From assembly GCA_963771175.1 (NCBI GenBank), contig CAVYSY010000052.1, positions 128,001-192,000 of the forward strand: DNA of 64,000 bases. The letters run 5' to 3'. A program made the position numbers and the translations under genes. Positions 39,916-48,615 of the stretch are shown here, piece by piece (position 1 is the first letter of the stretch; every line of letters begins with the position of its first letter). Origin of the DNA: an uncultured delta proteobacterium. GTDB taxonomy: Bacteria; Myxococcota; Myxococcia; Myxococcales; Myxococcaceae. The notes beneath the pieces are model-generated. The model saw nothing but the letters and a program-made list of their open reading frames with translations. It searched no databases and had not been told where the DNA came from.

Positions 39916-41325
39916 ATGACGAACCGGAAGGAGGACGCCCCCTGGTCGCTGTACGGTGAGGAGCTGTCGCCAGGGGCGCAGGTGGGCGGCTACCTCATCG
40001 AGAGCACGCGCTACCGGGGAAGCGTCTCGACGCTCTACCGCGCGAGGGAGACGCGCACGGGGGCTCCGGTGGCGCTGAAGGTGATGAGGCCCCAGTTCGC
40101 CACCGCGCGAGGGGCCCTGCGCCGCTTCCAGCAGGAGGCGGAGACGCTCCAGCGGTTGCGGCACCCGCACATCGTGGACGTGCTGGAGCACGGGGCGCTG
40201 CCGGATGGCCGGCCCTTCATCGCCATGGAGTGGCTGGAGGGGAGGGACCTGGCGGCGGAGCTGGCGGCGCGAGGCTCCTTCTCCGCGCCCGAGGCGCTGG
40301 AGTTGCTGGAGCAGGTGGGCTCGGCGCTGCGGGCGGCGCACGGTGCGGGGGTGGTGCACCGGGACTTGAAGGCGCAGAACGTGATGGTGCTGCCGGGGGG
40401 GACGGGGCCCCTGGTGAAGCTGGTGGACTTCGGGGTGGCGAAGCTGCTGGCGCCGGAGGAGCCGGGCACGGCGTTGACGAGCACGGGGCTGGTGCTGGGC
40501 ACGCCGCTGTCCATGGCGCCGGAGCAGATTCGAGGGGAGACGCCGGACGCGAGGACGGACCTCTACGGACTGGGGGTGCTGCTGTACCAGCTCGTCACGG
40601 GGCAGCCGCCCTTCCAGGGAACGACGCAGGTGGAGCTGGAGGAGCAACACCTGCACGCGCCGGCGCCGAGGGCGAGCGAGCGGGCCCCGGTGCCGGCGGC
40701 GCTGGACGCGGTGGTGGGGCGCTGCCTGGAGAAGCGGCGGGAGGACCGCTACCCGAGCGTGGACGCGGCACTGGAGGACCTGCGGCGCGCGGTGAGGGGA
40801 GAGCGACAGGGCCGAGCGAGCCAGGTGCGGGCACTGGGGTTGTACGTGGAGGCGAGGATGGAGGGGGTGGAGGGGCGGGTGGACGAGGCCACGCTGGACG
40901 CGGTGGACGCGCTGCTGGAGCGCGCGCGCGCACGGGTGGACGCGCTGGGGCTGCGGGTGATGGTGGAAGGGAGCAACTTCCTGCTGGGAGTCACGGCACT
41001 GCCGGACGAGGCGGATGCCGAGCGAGAAGCGCGCAAGCGGATGCTGGAGCTGGCACTCGCGCTGGCGGAGGAGCGAGAGGGAGCGCGGGTGTCACTGGTG
41101 CCCACGCTGCATGTGGACACGGCGACGCTGCGCCCGGACGCGAGCGGCAGACCGGGCCTGGGGGGAGGCCGGCTGCTGCGGTTGTCTGCCTGGACGGGGG
41201 GACACCCGGGCCGGGGCGTGGTGGTGACGGAGGCGGCGCTCACGGGGCTGGAGGACACCTTCGCCTCGGAAGAGCTCCCCGGCCCCGGGAGCCTGCGCCA
41301 CGTCTCGCGGGGGACGCCGTCGTAG
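39916..41325 (+). CDS. Ser/Thr protein kinase with C-terminal extension
   Basis: VALK, HRDLKAQN, DFG, GTPLSMAPE, DLYGLG; atypical Gly loop YRGSVSTLY. Confidence 0.92.
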   Translation: MTNRKEDAPWSLYGEELSPGAQVGGYLIESTRYRGSVSTLYRARETRTGAPVALKVMRPQFATARGALRRFQQEAETLQRLRHPHIVDVLEHGALPDGRPFIAMEWLEGRDLAAELAARGSFSAPEALELLEQVGSALRAAHGAGVVHRDLKAQNVMVLPGGTGPLVKLVDFGVAKLLAPEEPGTALTSTGLVLGTPLSMAPEQIRGETPDARTDLYGLGVLLYQLVTGQPPFQGTTQVELEEQHLHAPAPRASERAPVPAALDAVVGRCLEKRREDRYPSVDAALEDLRRAVRGERQGRASQVRALGLYVEARMEGVEGRVDEATLDAVDALLERARARVDALGLRVMVEGSNFLLGVTALPDEADAEREARKRMLELALALAEEREGARVSLVPTLHVDTATLRPDASGRPGLGGGRLLRLSAWTGGHPGRGVVVTEAALTGLEDTFASEELPGPGSLRHVSRGTPS

Positions 41326-41379
41326 CGGCTCTCCAGCGATTGACCCTTCAGGACCGCCTCCCCTACCCTTCACCACTCC

Positions 41380-41826
41380 ATGCGGGAATTGGCGATCCTC
41401 TTCCTACTCTGTATTCCCTTGATGGGCTGTGCTCATGGTCCCTGCAGGACACTGGGTTCGCTCCTTGGCTGTGATTGCGTGAGCAAGCGGGAACAGCCTG
41501 AGTATCAGGATATGAGCATCCAGCTTCCCGTCTTCGACTCCGAGCTGGCCCTGGACACGGACCTGGATGGCCAGACGCTTCAGGCCATTCGAATCGCCGC
41601 GGATGACTTCCTGGACGCGGACCCGAAAGAACAGTCCTGCGCGAGCAAGCAATCCTCGCATCGATATCGGGCTGTCAGGCGGGGGAACGTCATTTTCGTG
41701 CGGATTGATTACAAGCCAGAGAACTGTGGTCAGACCGTGGGCATGCTCGACGGAGGAGCCACATATGCCGTCAGCGCGGAAGGCAAGCTCCTGCGCCGGA
41801 CTCTGGATGGGCTCGGCGATTGGTAA
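41380..41826 (+). CDS. Hypothetical lipoprotein
   Basis: Lipobox LMGC; AIRIAADDFL, VIFVRI, DGGATYAVS..GKLLRR; visibly lower GC than the flanks. Confidence 0.7.
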   Translation: MRELAILFLLCIPLMGCAHGPCRTLGSLLGCDCVSKREQPEYQDMSIQLPVFDSELALDTDLDGQTLQAIRIAADDFLDADPKEQSCASKQSSHRYRAVRRGNVIFVRIDYKPENCGQTVGMLDGGATYAVSAEGKLLRRTLDGLGDW

Positions 41827-41898
41827 TCCCGCCTTCCCTCTTTCCTTCTGTGAAGCGCCCCCCGAGTCAGGCACAGCGGCCCGGCCGCTCCGAGTGGG

Positions 41899-42741
41899 TT
41901 ACCGCACGGTGAGCGTGTACGAACCGCCGTTGCGACGGATCTCCGCGTTCAGGTCGTCGCGGAACTGACGCTGCGTCGCCGCATCCCCGACGATGCCGAT
42001 GCAGCCCGCGGTGCCGCGCGCGCCACCGTCCGGGTGGATGCGCAGCGCCGTGCGGTCGCGGCCCGCGCGCGCGTCGTACATCGCGTCAGAGTTGGGGCGG
42101 CGCGCGTCCTCCATGCGGAAGCTGTAGCCGACGCCGTCGCGCACGAAAGCCGCCTCGGAGCGGTTGTTGCGGTGCGCCGTCACCCGGTAGGTGCCCTGCG
42201 GCGTCGAGTAGAGGTTGGTCGAGCCGGAGTTGAAATTGTACGAGCGGCCGTTCACCGTGATGGAGCCGGTGGTCAGGCCACGGCCGTCGAGTGGGTTGTT
42301 CAGACGCGCGGTGCCGTTGGCGGCGTTGGGCGTCGTGCCAGTCGAGCCCCTGGCGCCATCGAGCGCGCCCATCGTGCGGCGGCCGGCGATGCCGTCCACC
42401 TGCAGGCCCTGCGAGCGCTGGAAATCACGCACCGCGCGCTCGGTGCGCGGGCCGAACTTGCCGTCACTGGCACCCGGGTCGAAGCCCGAGGAGCGCAGCT
42501 TGTCCTGGAGCGAGCGCACCGACTCACTGCGCATCCCGGAGCGCAGCGAGCCCGTCGCCGAGCCCGGCTGGGTGCGGCTGGCGGGCGTGAAGCTGCTGCG
42601 GGTGGAGTAGCCAGTGGCCGTGCGGGTGCTGGTGCCGGTGCGCGAGGTCGTGCCCGTGCGCGACGTGCCACCCGTGCGCGACGTGCTGCTTGAAGACCGA
42701 GAAGACGTGCCCGAGGACCGCGAAGAACCAGAAACGCTCAT
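41899..42741 (-). CDS. Peptidoglycan-binding protein with C-terminal L,D-transpeptidase-like (Tlde1/DUF2778-like) domain
   Basis: PG_binding_1 pattern VRSLQDKL..DGKFGPRTERAVRDFQ..GLQVDGIAG; catalytic-type LRIHPDG...GTAGCI. Confidence 0.78.
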   Translation of the reverse strand: MSVSGSSRSSGTSSRSSSSTSRTGGTSRTGTTSRTGTSTRTATGYSTRSSFTPASRTQPGSATGSLRSGMRSESVRSLQDKLRSSGFDPGASDGKFGPRTERAVRDFQRSQGLQVDGIAGRRTMGALDGARGSTGTTPNAANGTARLNNPLDGRGLTTGSITVNGRSYNFNSGSTNLYSTPQGTYRVTAHRNNRSEAAFVRDGVGYSFRMEDARRPNSDAMYDARAGRDRTALRIHPDGGARGTAGCIGIVGDAATQRQFRDDLNAEIRRNGGSYTLTVR

Positions 42742-42794
42742 GATGAACTCCCTATCAGTGGCGCTCCGCGACCGGCGTTGGGCGGAACAATTCC

Positions 42795-42823
42795 ATTATC
42801 GGAATGTGGGCGGAGGTGTTTCC
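42795..42823 (-). promoter_or_regulatory. Candidate sigma28 (FliA/WhiG)-like promoter
   Basis: Minus strand GGAAAC-N15-CCGATAAT, about 55 nt upstream of the ATG; CCGATAA matches the sigma28 -10 core. Confidence 0.45.
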
Positions 42824-43068
42824 TCTCTTTTGTTCTTTTCCTGGGCTGGCCCGGCCGTCCTCTCCCGACGGGACCCTGAGCAGCGCGTCATGGCCGCCTC
42901 GGCGCGTGGCGAAGACCAGGTCGTCCACTTCACCGGGGCTAGCCCACCGCGAACGTTACCCAGGCGAAACAGGCTCGTACCCGCGAACCCTATCACTCTT
43001 CTACCCAGTCCTTATTGTGCCCTTCCCCATCACCCGCTCGCGCGGGCTGCACACGGAGGGTTTCCGAC

Positions 43069-43473
43069 ATGGCCTCACGTTTCCGCCCGTTTCTCGCTGG
43101 TCTCGGTGGCACCGTCCTGCTCGCGCTCTGCGGGTGTGGCGGTGGAGATGACGATGACAATGGAGAGCCGACGGGCAACACCTGCCCTCCCGGCGGCACC
43201 ACGCTCACCGCGCAGAACTTCGCCCAGCCGTTCTTCCAGAGCTACTGCACGCGCTGCCACAGTTCGACGCTCAGTGGCCCCCAGCGCAACGGGGCTCCGC
43301 CCGATGCCAACTTCGACACGCTGGAGGGCATTCGCGCCGAACTGGAGGAGATCAACGAGCTGGCCGGCGCTGACAGTGCGGGGGTGAACACCGTGATGCC
43401 GCCCAGTGACCCCAAGCCCACGGACGACGAACGGCGCCAGCTCAATGAATGGATCATCTGCGGCGCCCCGTGA
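43069..43473 (+). CDS. Monoheme c-type cytochrome lipoprotein
   Basis: GGAGG RBS; lipobox LCGC; CTRCH; distal MPP; C-terminal EWIICGAP. Confidence 0.8.
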   Translation: MASRFRPFLAGLGGTVLLALCGCGGGDDDDNGEPTGNTCPPGGTTLTAQNFAQPFFQSYCTRCHSSTLSGPQRNGAPPDANFDTLEGIRAELEEINELAGADSAGVNTVMPPSDPKPTDDERRQLNEWIICGAP

Positions 43474-43491
43474 CCAGGAGGGGAACGCGAG

Positions 43492-44028
43492 ATGAGACTC
43501 GGACACGTGTGCGCGCTGTGGCTGCTCGTCGCCCTACCGGCGATGGCGCAGGTGGAGCGCGTGGGGAACGCGACCGCCGGGTTCAACGGCAAGGGCCCCG
43601 GGGGCTTCAAGCTCGAGGGCACGACCCACGAGCTCTCCATCAAGGACGACGGGCAGAAGGTGACCTACGTCGTGCCGCTGGCCACGCTGAAGACGGGCAT
43701 CGAGCTGAGGGATCGCCACATGCGCGAGAAGTACCTCCAGACCGACAAGTACCCCGACGCCGTGCTGGTGGTGCCCTGGAGCGCCATCCGCCTCCCGGAG
43801 CAGGGGCAGTCCGTGACCCAGACCGTCACCGGGCAGATGAGCCTGCACGGCAAGACGAAGGACGTGCCCGTGACGTACACCGTGCGCAGGAATGGCGACG
43901 TCTACGAGACGACCGGGAAAGTACCGCTCAACATCAAGGACTTCGGCATCGACATCCCGAGCTACCTCGGGGTGACCGTCAAGCCGGACATCGAGACCTC
44001 GGTCGCCTTCAACTTCAAGCGGAAATAG
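43492..44028 (+). CDS. yceI: YceI-family polyisoprenoid-binding periplasmic protein
   Basis: Signal peptide ending AMA; LKTGIELRDRHM..KYLQTDKYP, GQMSLHGKTKDV, KDFGI. Confidence 0.88.
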   Translation: MRLGHVCALWLLVALPAMAQVERVGNATAGFNGKGPGGFKLEGTTHELSIKDDGQKVTYVVPLATLKTGIELRDRHMREKYLQTDKYPDAVLVVPWSAIRLPEQGQSVTQTVTGQMSLHGKTKDVPVTYTVRRNGDVYETTGKVPLNIKDFGIDIPSYLGVTVKPDIETSVAFNFKRK

Positions 44029-44045
44029 GAGGAGCGCGAGAGCCT

Positions 44046-45218
44046 ATGCGCCAGGGGCTGGTCGTACTGATGGTGGTGGGTTGCCTCGCCGCTGCTCGCG
44101 CCGAGGCCTTTCCGTGGATGATCCGTCACGGCTACACGAACTGCGCCTCGTGCCATCACGACCCCTCCGGAGGAGCCCTCGTGACGCCGTACGGACGGGC
44201 CCAGTCCGAGCTGCTCCTCGCGGCCCGATACGGGCAGCGGAAGGAAGCGGAGGAGGCAAGCCCCACCACGGCCTTCTTGTTCGGGGCGGTCACCCTGCCG
44301 GACTGGCTCAACCTGGGCTTGTCCTTCCGCGGCGCGGGGCTCCTCACACGGACCGGTGGCAATACGGACGTGCGAGCCCTCCAGATGGTGAGCGATCTCC
44401 GGGCGAACGTGTCCGTGGGGCCACTCCGGGCCGGCGGCTCGATAGGGTTCGTGGCGCGCCAGGCGAGGTTCGCCGCGTTGACGAACTTCGAGGAGAACAA
44501 CATCGTCTCCCGCGAGCATTGGCTCGGGGTGACCAACGAGGACCAGACCCTGCTGCTGAGGGCCGGACGGATGACGCTGCCCTTCGGTCTTCGCAACGTC
44601 GAGCACACGCTGTGGGCGCGGGTGAGCACGCGCACCGACCACAACGAGCAGCAGCAGCACGGGGTGGCGCTGGCCTACAACACCGAAGGACTCCGGGCCG
44701 AGGTGATGGGCATCCTCGGCAACTTCCAGCTCCACCCGAGTCTCTACTGGGAACACGGTTACTCCGGCTATGTCGAATGGGCGCCGTTCACGAGGGCCGC
44801 CTTCGGGGTGAGCAGCCTCCTGACCCATGCCGAGTACGACGTGGTGACGATACGGCCTTCCTTCCTCCGCCAGGCGCACGGCGTCTTCGCGCGGGTGGCA
44901 CCCGTCACTCCGGTGGTGTTCCTGCTGGAGGCGGATGTGCTGCTCGACAGGCCCGAGGGGGGCCCGACCACGAGCGGCTACACCGGACTGCTCCAGGTGG
45001 ACTACGAGCTGAGGCAGGGCTTCCACCTCCTGGCCACCGCCGAGCTCCTCCAGCGGCCCGGGGTCCACGTCACCGAGGTCGGAGGCTGGCTCTCGTTCGA
45101 CTACTTCATCCTTCCGCAGTTGGAGGTCCGGCTCGACGCCATCCTGAGGCACACCGGCCAGAGCGCCGCCGAGCCCAATGTGATGAACCTTCTGGGGCAG
45201 CTGCGCCTCTCCATCTGA
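44046..45218 (+). CDS. Monoheme cytochrome c fused to an outer-membrane beta-barrel (Cyc2-like architecture)
   Basis: GGAGG RBS; signal ending AEA; FPWMIRHGYTNCASCH...VTPYGR, then amphipathic beta-strands to the C-terminus. Confidence 0.72.
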   Translation: MRQGLVVLMVVGCLAAARAEAFPWMIRHGYTNCASCHHDPSGGALVTPYGRAQSELLLAARYGQRKEAEEASPTTAFLFGAVTLPDWLNLGLSFRGAGLLTRTGGNTDVRALQMVSDLRANVSVGPLRAGGSIGFVARQARFAALTNFEENNIVSREHWLGVTNEDQTLLLRAGRMTLPFGLRNVEHTLWARVSTRTDHNEQQQHGVALAYNTEGLRAEVMGILGNFQLHPSLYWEHGYSGYVEWAPFTRAAFGVSSLLTHAEYDVVTIRPSFLRQAHGVFARVAPVTPVVFLLEADVLLDRPEGGPTTSGYTGLLQVDYELRQGFHLLATAELLQRPGVHVTEVGGWLSFDYFILPQLEVRLDAILRHTGQSAAEPNVMNLLGQLRLSI

Positions 45219-45242
45219 CCCGCCGTGCTCCCCGTGAACGCC

Positions 45243-45725
45243 ATGCACCCGCCTCCCCGCCTCGCCCGCCCAGCACTCGTCGCGCTGGCACTCCTCGCCG
45301 CGCCCTCCGCGCTCGCGACCCCCAACTTCCCGGGCGCCGTCCAGAGCGAGCTCAACCTCTCCCGCGCGCCCGAATGCTCGCTGTGCCACATCGGGGTCCA
45401 GGCGCGAGGAACCGTGAACACGCCCTTCGGAACCTCCATGCGCCAGAGGGGGCTGCGCGCGAACGACGAGGAGAGCCTCCGGACCGCGCTGGACATGATG
45501 CGCGCCGAAGCCGTGGACAGTGATGGGGACGGGACGCCGGACGTGGAGGAGCTCATCGCTGGCGACGACCCGAACCAGGGCCCCGAGCCCCCGAGCGACA
45601 CGCCGCCGGAGCCTACCTTTGGATGTGCCAGCAGCCCGGAGGGAGCGACCTGGTGGGCGCTGCTCCTCCTCGCGCTCGCGGTGGCTCCCCGGGCCGGCCA
45701 TGCGCCGGGTCCCCCTCGCACCTGA
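45243..45725 (+). CDS. Monoheme CxxCH protein with Ca-binding TSP3-like repeat and MYXO-CTERM-like anchor
   Basis: Signal ending ALA; CSLCH...NTPFG; DSDGDGTPDVEE..GDDPN; FGCAS + hydrophobic segment + Arg. Confidence 0.72.
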   Translation: MHPPPRLARPALVALALLAAPSALATPNFPGAVQSELNLSRAPECSLCHIGVQARGTVNTPFGTSMRQRGLRANDEESLRTALDMMRAEAVDSDGDGTPDVEELIAGDDPNQGPEPPSDTPPEPTFGCASSPEGATWWALLLLALAVAPRAGHAPGPPRT

Positions 45726-45884
45726 ATCACACCGCGCTACGGCTTGTCCGCGACGAGCAGGGCCTCGACGTTGCCCGCGGGTCCGGGCACGGTGGAGTCC
45801 ATCACCCCAGTCCAGCTCTGGGCGATGAGGCCCAGAGAGGTCTCCGGGCCTGTCGTCAGGAGCCGAGCCAGGCTGGGCTTCCGG

Positions 45885-46673
45885 TCACGGGCACTGGAGA
45901 TCGAAGTTCTTCGTTTCCCCGTCGGGGTCGGTCACCTTGACACTCGAGGTGCCATTGAACTCCGTGGTGAAGACGCCGTCCTCGCCCTCCACCGTCACCT
46001 TGCCCGCGGTGGGGCACTGGTCCACGCAGCGCTGGTAGCCGGTGATGGTCGAGGTGGTGACCTTATCGCCGCGCGTGCTACCACCCTGGCCATTCAGGGT
46101 CACACACCCGCTCCCCTGCTCCCAGGTCATGGTGAGCTGCGTGTCCCGGGAGTCGACCACGTTCGGAGCGCGGCTGCGCGACCTCATCGTCACCGTCCGC
46201 TGGGTGCCCGCACGCGTGGCGGTCCCGTTCAGGTCGAGGATGAAGGGGTTTCCGCCCGCGGTCAGGTCCGTAGAGGAGGCGGTGAAGACCAGCTGGCCGT
46301 TGCTCTCCGAGAGTTCGAGCTTCACGGCCCCGGAGACCGACCTCAATCCGAAGGCGCCTTCGCAGTTGTTGAAGGTGTAATTCACCGTGGTGCCCGAGGC
46401 CGTCGCCACCGCACACCCGGCAGGGGTGAAGTAGGTGCCGGCCCGGCTGGCAATCGCAGACGCGGCCGCTTCCAGATCTATTTGCTGCGCGACCGGGGCG
46501 GAGAAGTAGTAGACGCCGTAGGGATCGACCCAGCCGTAGGCGTAATACGCATCGTAGCCGGACCAGTATGGGTCGTAATAGGCGTAGTCGTAATAGTAGG
46601 GATCGTAGTAGGTGCTGGCGCACCCGGTCATCGCCATCACCAAGAGATAGAGCATCGCCTTGAATCGTTTCAC
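45885..46673 (-). CDS. Lipoprotein with Tyr-rich N-terminal segment
   Basis: AAAGGAG before GTG; lipobox MTGC; Tyr-rich tract; beta-rich Thr/Gly body with paired Cys. Confidence 0.8.
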   Translation of the reverse strand: MKRFKAMLYLLVMAMTGCASTYYDPYYYDYAYYDPYWSGYDAYYAYGWVDPYGVYYFSAPVAQQIDLEAAASAIASRAGTYFTPAGCAVATASGTTVNYTFNNCEGAFGLRSVSGAVKLELSESNGQLVFTASSTDLTAGGNPFILDLNGTATRAGTQRTVTMRSRSRAPNVVDSRDTQLTMTWEQGSGCVTLNGQGGSTRGDKVTTSTITGYQRCVDQCPTAGKVTVEGEDGVFTTEFNGTSSVKVTDPDGETKNFDLQCP

Positions 46674-46768
46674 CGTCGGCTCCTTTCAATGCACTGAAGG
46701 TAGAGCCAGGTCAGTGAGCAAACCGCGTACCAGCGGGAATCCAGAGGGAGCTCCGCGGTGCGTCCCTG

Positions 46769-47492
46769 GTGCGGAGGGAAACGGATTTCCCATCCGAGAG
46801 AGAAGTATTCCAGGGGTTGAGGCGAGGTTGCCACTTTGGGGAAGGCGAGAATTTCGAGCCTGTGGAGGAGCGCATCATCGTCCCCCCTCAGAGGCTCATC
46901 CCAGCACCGGCGCCCACCGGCTCCTATGCGGCCTACGAAAAGGTGGTTCAGCCCGAGTTGGGGATGGTGTACGGCACCGGCTGGCTGCCCCCCCATGCTC
47001 GACCTGCGGGACTACACCCCGTCGACCAAGGAGGTGGCGGAGATGTCGGCCAGGCTCGGCATCTCGCCGAGCGACCTCACCGCACAGTTGCCCTCGGCCG
47101 TCGACGTGAGGCAGTACTGCTCGCCCATCGACAACCAGGGCCCACTCGGTGCGTGCACGGCTCACGCCGCGGTGGGGATCGTCGAGTACTTCCAGAACCG
47201 CGCCTTCAACAGCTACGTCGATGGCTCGAGACTGTTCGTCGACAAGACAACGCGCAACCTCATGGGAGTGGTGGGCGACACGGGTGCCTGGCTCCGGTAC
47301 ACCATGGCGGCGCTCACCTACTGCGGCGTCCCTCCAGAGAAGTACTGGCCCTAACCACCGCCACCCAGGAAAGGGTACGGCTGGCTGCCCTACGACTACG
47401 TGCTCAAATCCCTGGCACTCGATTTCTGGTCCATCCTGAGCATGAGCTGGGTGAATACGAATCGTTTCGGAATCGAGGCGACGCAGCACTGA
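46769..47492 (+). pseudogene. Papain-like C1 cysteine peptidase relic (frameshift plus internal deletion)
   Basis: GTGWLP / DLRDY, LPSAVD..CSPIDNQG..GACTAHA, SRLF, G.PPEKYWP stop, then directly the C-terminal GYGWLPYDYVL..LALDFWS; start uncertain. Confidence 0.8.
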
Positions 47493-47525
47493 AAGTCCTT
47501 CGAGCAATTGGGGGCCGGCGCCTCC

Positions 47526-48519
47526 TCACCTGGGAGGCGCCATGAGCCGCTCGCCCAGCAACTGGACGTAGCGCGCCCGGCTGATGTTGCGGCCGGTGAT
47601 GACCACGGCGATGTCTCGGAAGCCCTCCGGTGGGTGGCGCAGCAATGCGGCCACCGTCGCGGCTCCGGAGGGCTCGACGACGAGCTGGTGCTCCTCGAGC
47701 AACCAGGCCATCGCATCCTGGATGTCCGCCTCCGACACGAGCAGCACCCGGTCCACGTACTTCTGGGCCAGGGGCAGAGTGAGGGTGTCCGGCTCCGGCT
47801 GCGCCCCCAGCCCGTCCGCGATGCTGGGCCGGGCCGCCACCGGGACGGGCCGTCCGTGCCGCATCCACTCCGCGAGCACCGGGCTCACCTCGGGCTGCAC
47901 GCCCCAGAGCTTCATGCCGGGGGTTGCGGTCCTTCATCGCCACGCCCATCCCGCTGATGAGGCCGCCACCGCCGATGGCCACCACCGCGAGGTCCACCTC
48001 CGGCAGGTCATCGAGCACCTCCAGCCCCACCGTGCCGCCCCCGGCGATGATGTCCGGGTCGTTGTAGGCGGAGACGAAGAGGCGCTGGTGCTCGCGCGCG
48101 TGCGCCTGGGCCGCCTCGCGCGCTGCGGGCACCGAATCGAGGAAGTGGAGCCGGGCCCCATTGCGGCGCATGACCTCCACCTTGCGCGGGTCCGCCGTGC
48201 GCGGAAGGAACAGCTCCACGGGGACGCCGAGCCGCCGCGCGACGTGGGACAGGCCGATGCCGTGGCCGCCGGCGGTGGAGGCCACCACCCCGCGCGCACG
48301 CGTGGCGTCGTCCACGGCCAGCAGCTTGTTGAAGGAGATGCGCGGCTTGAAGCTGCCCGTCACCTGGAGGCACTCCAGCTTGAGGAAGACGTGGGCGCCG
48401 AGCCGCTCGGAGAGCGCGGCGGACGGCTCCAGCGGCGTGTGCCGGATGAACGGGGCGATGCGCTCGCGCGCCTGGCGGATGGACTGGGGCGTGACGAGGG
48501 TGTGCGGCGCGGAGGACAT
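47526..48519 (-). CDS. PLP-dependent threonine/serine dehydratase-family enzyme, one frameshift near 47920
   Basis: TPLE, FLKLECLQVTGSFKPR, ASTAGGHG, IGGGGLISG, SIADGL, VVEPSGAA, ITGRN. Confidence 0.88.
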
Positions 48520-48615
48520 GGGGACTCCTGTGTGCGGAGGCCTCACGGATGTGCCACCCCGAGCCTCCGCGCGGAACGGGCATGAGCGCGGGGGCAGGCA
48601 TGCGAGAATGCAGGG

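Noticed and set aside
43449..44045. N-terminal part of the 589-aa ORF
   Set aside because: Overlaps yceI out of frame; the real start is ATG 44046 with RBS and signal peptide
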